Positions 37,395 to 40,054 of a DNA stretch of 40,054 nucleotides are shown piece after piece; the stretch's first letter is position 1, and the number at the start of each line of letters is the position of its first letter. Below the pieces are notes generated by a model. It was not told the origin of the DNA. It was given only the letters and a program-made list of their open reading frames with translations, and did no database searches. The DNA is from Pseudomonadota bacterium (GTDB lineage: Bacteria; Pseudomonadota; Alphaproteobacteria; Rhizobiales; CALHAX01). Where the stretch lies: contig JBCBJG010000001.1 in the NCBI GenBank assembly GCA_038523655.1, forward strand, positions 1-40,054, read 5' to 3'. Made by a program: the position numbers and the translations under genes.

Positions 37395-38189
37395 TCATCC
37401 CTCAAATCGGTCGACGGCGCTCGCAGCGGATGCTGTCGCATCGCTGGCGCCGGCGGTGTAATTCTCCAGCCGCATCAGGTCGTTGAGGAAGGAAGCGCAA
37501 ACACCGCCCTGTGTTACGGCAGCATGTACCACATTCCCCCGGCCAAATGCCAAACTCATTTCCGCGCACGTCAAGATGTGCGCGATGTGAATACGCGTAT
37601 CGAACAGTTCACCTGCCTGTCGTGCGACGGCATCGAGCTTGCGGACACCGTCCGGCGCCGCCTCGCTCGCGTGCAACACACAGGCGACATCGCCGCTGCG
37701 AAGCGCGGCGTCGACCTTAGTCGTTCCGGCAAGAGCATTGCCCGCCTTGTTCGCGAGTGACAGCTTTTCAACTGCACGACGGCGAAGCAGCGTCTCGACG
37801 AGGGTCGCCAGATCTGCCGGAACCTCCACCGGACGCTTCATGCTGCGGGCGAAGGCGCGGCGGGCAACTGCGTCGCTTACATGGTGGTGTGCAGCGCAGA
37901 TCCAAACGCCGCGCCCCGGCAGCCGACGGGCCAGATCGGGCACGATGCCCTGCGGACCTTCGACGAAACGGATCATTGCAGACGGCGCACACCGCTTCCC
38001 CGTGACGGCGCAGCAACGCTCCGTCGGTTTCGTGCGGTAGGCCGGCTTGGCGGACGCTGCCGGCGCATCAGACGACGCACCGGGCGCGCCGCGATCAGAC
38101 GACCCGAGGCCCGAGCCCGGTTCGATGGGCGCGCGGCCGCGATGCGCTTTCTTGCGCTGCGTCTTTTGCTGGTCCGCCGTCGCCATCAT
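37395..38189 (-). CDS. YlxR/DUF448-family RNA-binding protein with C-terminal L7Ae-like region
   Basis: [41 protein letters not shown] is the DUF448 signature. Its position between nusA and infB is typical. Confidence 0.85.
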   Translation of the reverse strand: MMATADQQKTQRKKAHRGRAPIEPGSGLGSSDRGAPGASSDAPAASAKPAYRTKPTERCCAVTGKRCAPSAMIRFVEGPQGIVPDLARRLPGRGVWICAAHHHVSDAVARRAFARSMKRPVEVPADLATLVETLLRRRAVEKLSLANKAGNALAGTTKVDAALRSGDVACVLHASEAAPDGVRKLDAVARQAGELFDTRIHIAHILTCAEMSLAFGRGNVVHAAVTQGGVCASFLNDLMRLENYTAGASDATASAASAVDRFEG

Positions 38190-38216
38190 CGTATGTTCCG
38201 GGTCCTCCCACCTGCC

Positions 38217-39929
38217 TTAACCGGCAGTCGCGTCAGCGGGAGCGGCCTCATCCGCACCGGCGACCGGCGTCGGCGCATCTCCTTCTGACGCCGCGTCGTC
38301 CGTGGCCTCTACGGCTTCGGCCGCCGCGGCAACTTCGGCCCCGTCTTCCGCATCCGGTGAGCCAATCACGTCCTCGACCGATACCCAACCGGCGACGACA
38401 CGGGCGGACATGATCATCTCTTCCGCCTCGTCGCGGCTGAGGTTGAAGTCGTCCAGCACGCCCGGCTCACGCACGCTTTCACCGTCGCGGCGCTCATACC
38501 ACCCGACGAGGTCGTCCGTTGCACACCCGGCGAGATCTTCGACCGTTTTGATCTCGTTTTCGCCGAACGACACGAGCATGGCGGTGGTGACACCCGGTAC
38601 GCTGACGAGTTCGTCGAGCACGCCCAGCTCCTTGCGTTTGGCGTCGCGCGCCGCTTCTTCGCGTTCCAGGAAGTCCCGGGCGCGGGCCTGAATTTCATCC
38701 GCAGTGCTTTCGTCGAAGCCTTCGATCGCCGCGACTTCGGAGCCGTCCACATAGGCGACCTCTTCCACGCTGGCGAACCCTTCGGAGACCAGCAGCTGCG
38801 CGATCACTTCATCGACGTCCAGCGCGTCCATAAAGAGCTGCGAGCGTTCGTTGAACTCGGCCTGGCGGCGCTCTGCTTCCTGCTCTTCGGTCAGGATATC
38901 GATATCCCAACCAGTCAGTTGCGAGGCGAGGCGGACGTTCTGGCCGCGACGACCGATCGCAAGGCTGAGCTGCTCATCCGGCACGACGACCTCGATCCTT
39001 TCCGCCTCCTCGTCGAGCACGACCTTGGCGACTTCAGCCGGGGCCAGCGCGTTGACGATGAAGGTCGCGGCGTCGGGCGACCACTGGATGATGTCGATTT
39101 TCTCTCCCTGAAGCGCCCCAACGACTGCCTGGACCCGCTGGCCACGCATACCCACGCAGGCCCCGACCGGATCGATCGCGCTGTCGTTGGAGAGCACTGC
39201 GATCTTGGCGCGGCTCCCAGGATCGCGGGCGACGGATTTTATCTCGACGATGCCGTCATAAATCTCCGGCACTTCCTGCGCGAACAGTTTCGCCATGAAC
39301 TCCGGACGGGTCCGGGAGAGGAAAATCTGCGGCCCGCGCGGCTCGCGACGCACATCGGCGACGTATGCGCTGATGCGGTCACCGTAGCGGAACGCTTCGC
39401 GCGGAAGCTTCTCGTCGCGGCGGACGATCGCCTCACCGCGACCAAGGTCGACGATGACATGGCCGTGTTCCTCGCGTTTGACGAGGCCGTTGATGACCTG
39501 GCCGACGCGATCCTTGTATTCCTCGAACTGGCGCTCGCGCTCAGCGTCACGGACCTTCTGGAAGATTACCTGCTTGGCGTTCTGCGCGGCGACACGGCCG
39601 AAGTCGAGCGGGGGAAGTGGCTCCGCAATAAAGTCCCCGACCTTGGCATTCGGGTTACGGCGCTGGGCATCGGCGAGCTGAATTTCCGTTGCGTCGCTGA
39701 CCGTTTCCTCGACAACCTCGAGCAGCCGCTCGAGGCTGATTTCGCCGGTTTTCGCATCGATATCGGCGCGGATCTCGTTCTCGCTGCCATATCGAGACTT
39801 GGCGGCCTTGGTGATCGCCTCTTCCATCGCGGAGATCACGATTTCGCGGTCGATTACCTTCTCGCGCGCGACCGCATCCGCGATCTGCAACAGTTCGAGT
39901 CGGTTTGCGCTTACGCCAGCCTGGGCCAT
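38217..39929 (-). CDS. nusA: transcription termination/antitermination factor NusA
   Basis: ATG at 39929 with [40 protein letters not shown]..., S1 and KH domains, C-terminal HhH repeats and an acidic tail. Confidence 0.97.
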   Translation of the reverse strand: MAQAGVSANRLELLQIADAVAREKVIDREIVISAMEEAITKAAKSRYGSENEIRADIDAKTGEISLERLLEVVEETVSDATEIQLADAQRRNPNAKVGDFIAEPLPPLDFGRVAAQNAKQVIFQKVRDAERERQFEEYKDRVGQVINGLVKREEHGHVIVDLGRGEAIVRRDEKLPREAFRYGDRISAYVADVRREPRGPQIFLSRTRPEFMAKLFAQEVPEIYDGIVEIKSVARDPGSRAKIAVLSNDSAIDPVGACVGMRGQRVQAVVGALQGEKIDIIQWSPDAATFIVNALAPAEVAKVVLDEEAERIEVVVPDEQLSLAIGRRGQNVRLASQLTGWDIDILTEEQEAERRQAEFNERSQLFMDALDVDEVIAQLLVSEGFASVEEVAYVDGSEVAAIEGFDESTADEIQARARDFLEREEAARDAKRKELGVLDELVSVPGVTTAMLVSFGENEIKTVEDLAGCATDDLVGWYERRDGESVREPGVLDDFNLSRDEAEEMIMSARVVAGWVSVEDVIGSPDAEDGAEVAAAAEAVEATDDAASEGDAPTPVAGADEAAPADATAG

Positions 39930-39976
39930 CTCTTCCTCACTCTTTTGCCGCCGCGCATGCACGATGGGGAAGCGGG

Positions 39977-40054
39977 CGGTCTTCCATGTCAGTCAAGCAC
40001 GTTAGCTCGGCACGTCAGTTCGGCACGTTCGTCGGACATGTCAGGCGCCAGACA
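39977..40054. repeat. tandem 13-nt repeats at window edge
   Basis: Plus strand: CAGTCAAGCACGT / TAGCTCGGCACGT / CAGTTCGGCACGT / TCGTCGGACATGT, in contiguous 13-nt register from 39990-40041. Weaker copies flank them at 39977-39989 and 40042-40054. The array is truncated by the window end. Confidence 0.5.

Noticed and set aside
37385-37441. Longer infB start (track ORF start at 37441).
   Set aside because: It would overlap the 3' end of the ylxR-like gene by about 47 nt and add a non-conserved Arg/Pro-rich leader. The ATG at 37384 leaves a clean 10-nt gap.
39963-40054. Partial 3' end of rimP on the minus strand at the window edge.
   Set aside because: Less than 30 codons are available, all three frames terminate within the stretch, and none of the short translations resembles a RimP C-terminus that I recognise. 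It cannot be called from this window.
1-40054. Scan for CRISPR arrays, IS elements/transposases, integrases, prophage or defence-island genes, and rRNA/tRNA genes.
   Set aside because: None recognised. All large ORFs have housekeeping or metabolic family signatures, and no spacer-repeat architecture or terminal inverted repeats were seen by eye. An exhaustive repeat search was not possible without tools.

Overview
High-GC window (mid-60s % by eye) that reads like ordinary chromosomal core of an alphaproteobacterium, possibly Hyphomicrobiales-like; this taxon guess comes from gene content only. I see no rRNA, tRNA, CRISPR array, transposase, integrase or phage genes.

The right third is the conserved minus-strand transcription/translation cluster nusA - ylxR-like - infB - [0.44 kb unassigned spacer] - rbfA - truB - rpsO - pnp.

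Other confident calls:
- clpB and the M3 peptidase dcp.
- A DUF1465 (RcdA-like) / DUF1192 gene pair.
- A quinone oxidoreductase.
- A four-gene glxBCD-glnT / mgsABC-gmaS-type cluster (glutamate-synthase-like subunits plus a type III glutamine synthetase).
- An Fe-S bacterial cryptochrome/photolyase that appears co-operonic with a class V aminotransferase and an SDR.
- An O-antigen-ligase-like membrane protein and two Sel1-repeat proteins.

I did not find a clear multi-gene novel system. The observations most worth following up:
- A terminator-capped, ORF-poor transcript region downstream of the DUF1192 gene with anti-SD-like CCUCC(C) motifs (candidate sRNA or 3'UTR).
- The compositionally odd 0.44 kb insert between infB and rbfA.
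- 13-nt tandem repeats at the right edge, upstream of nusA.
- A membrane EAL protein with degenerate catalytic motifs.
- An inner-membrane coiled-coil protein with an OmpA/MotB-like C-terminus.
- A ThiE-fold protein lacking catalytic motifs, translationally coupled to a Sel1 protein.

Many long ORFs in the track are antisense shadows of real genes, as expected at this GC content, and were rejected. All function calls rest on motif recognition by eye; no searches were run.
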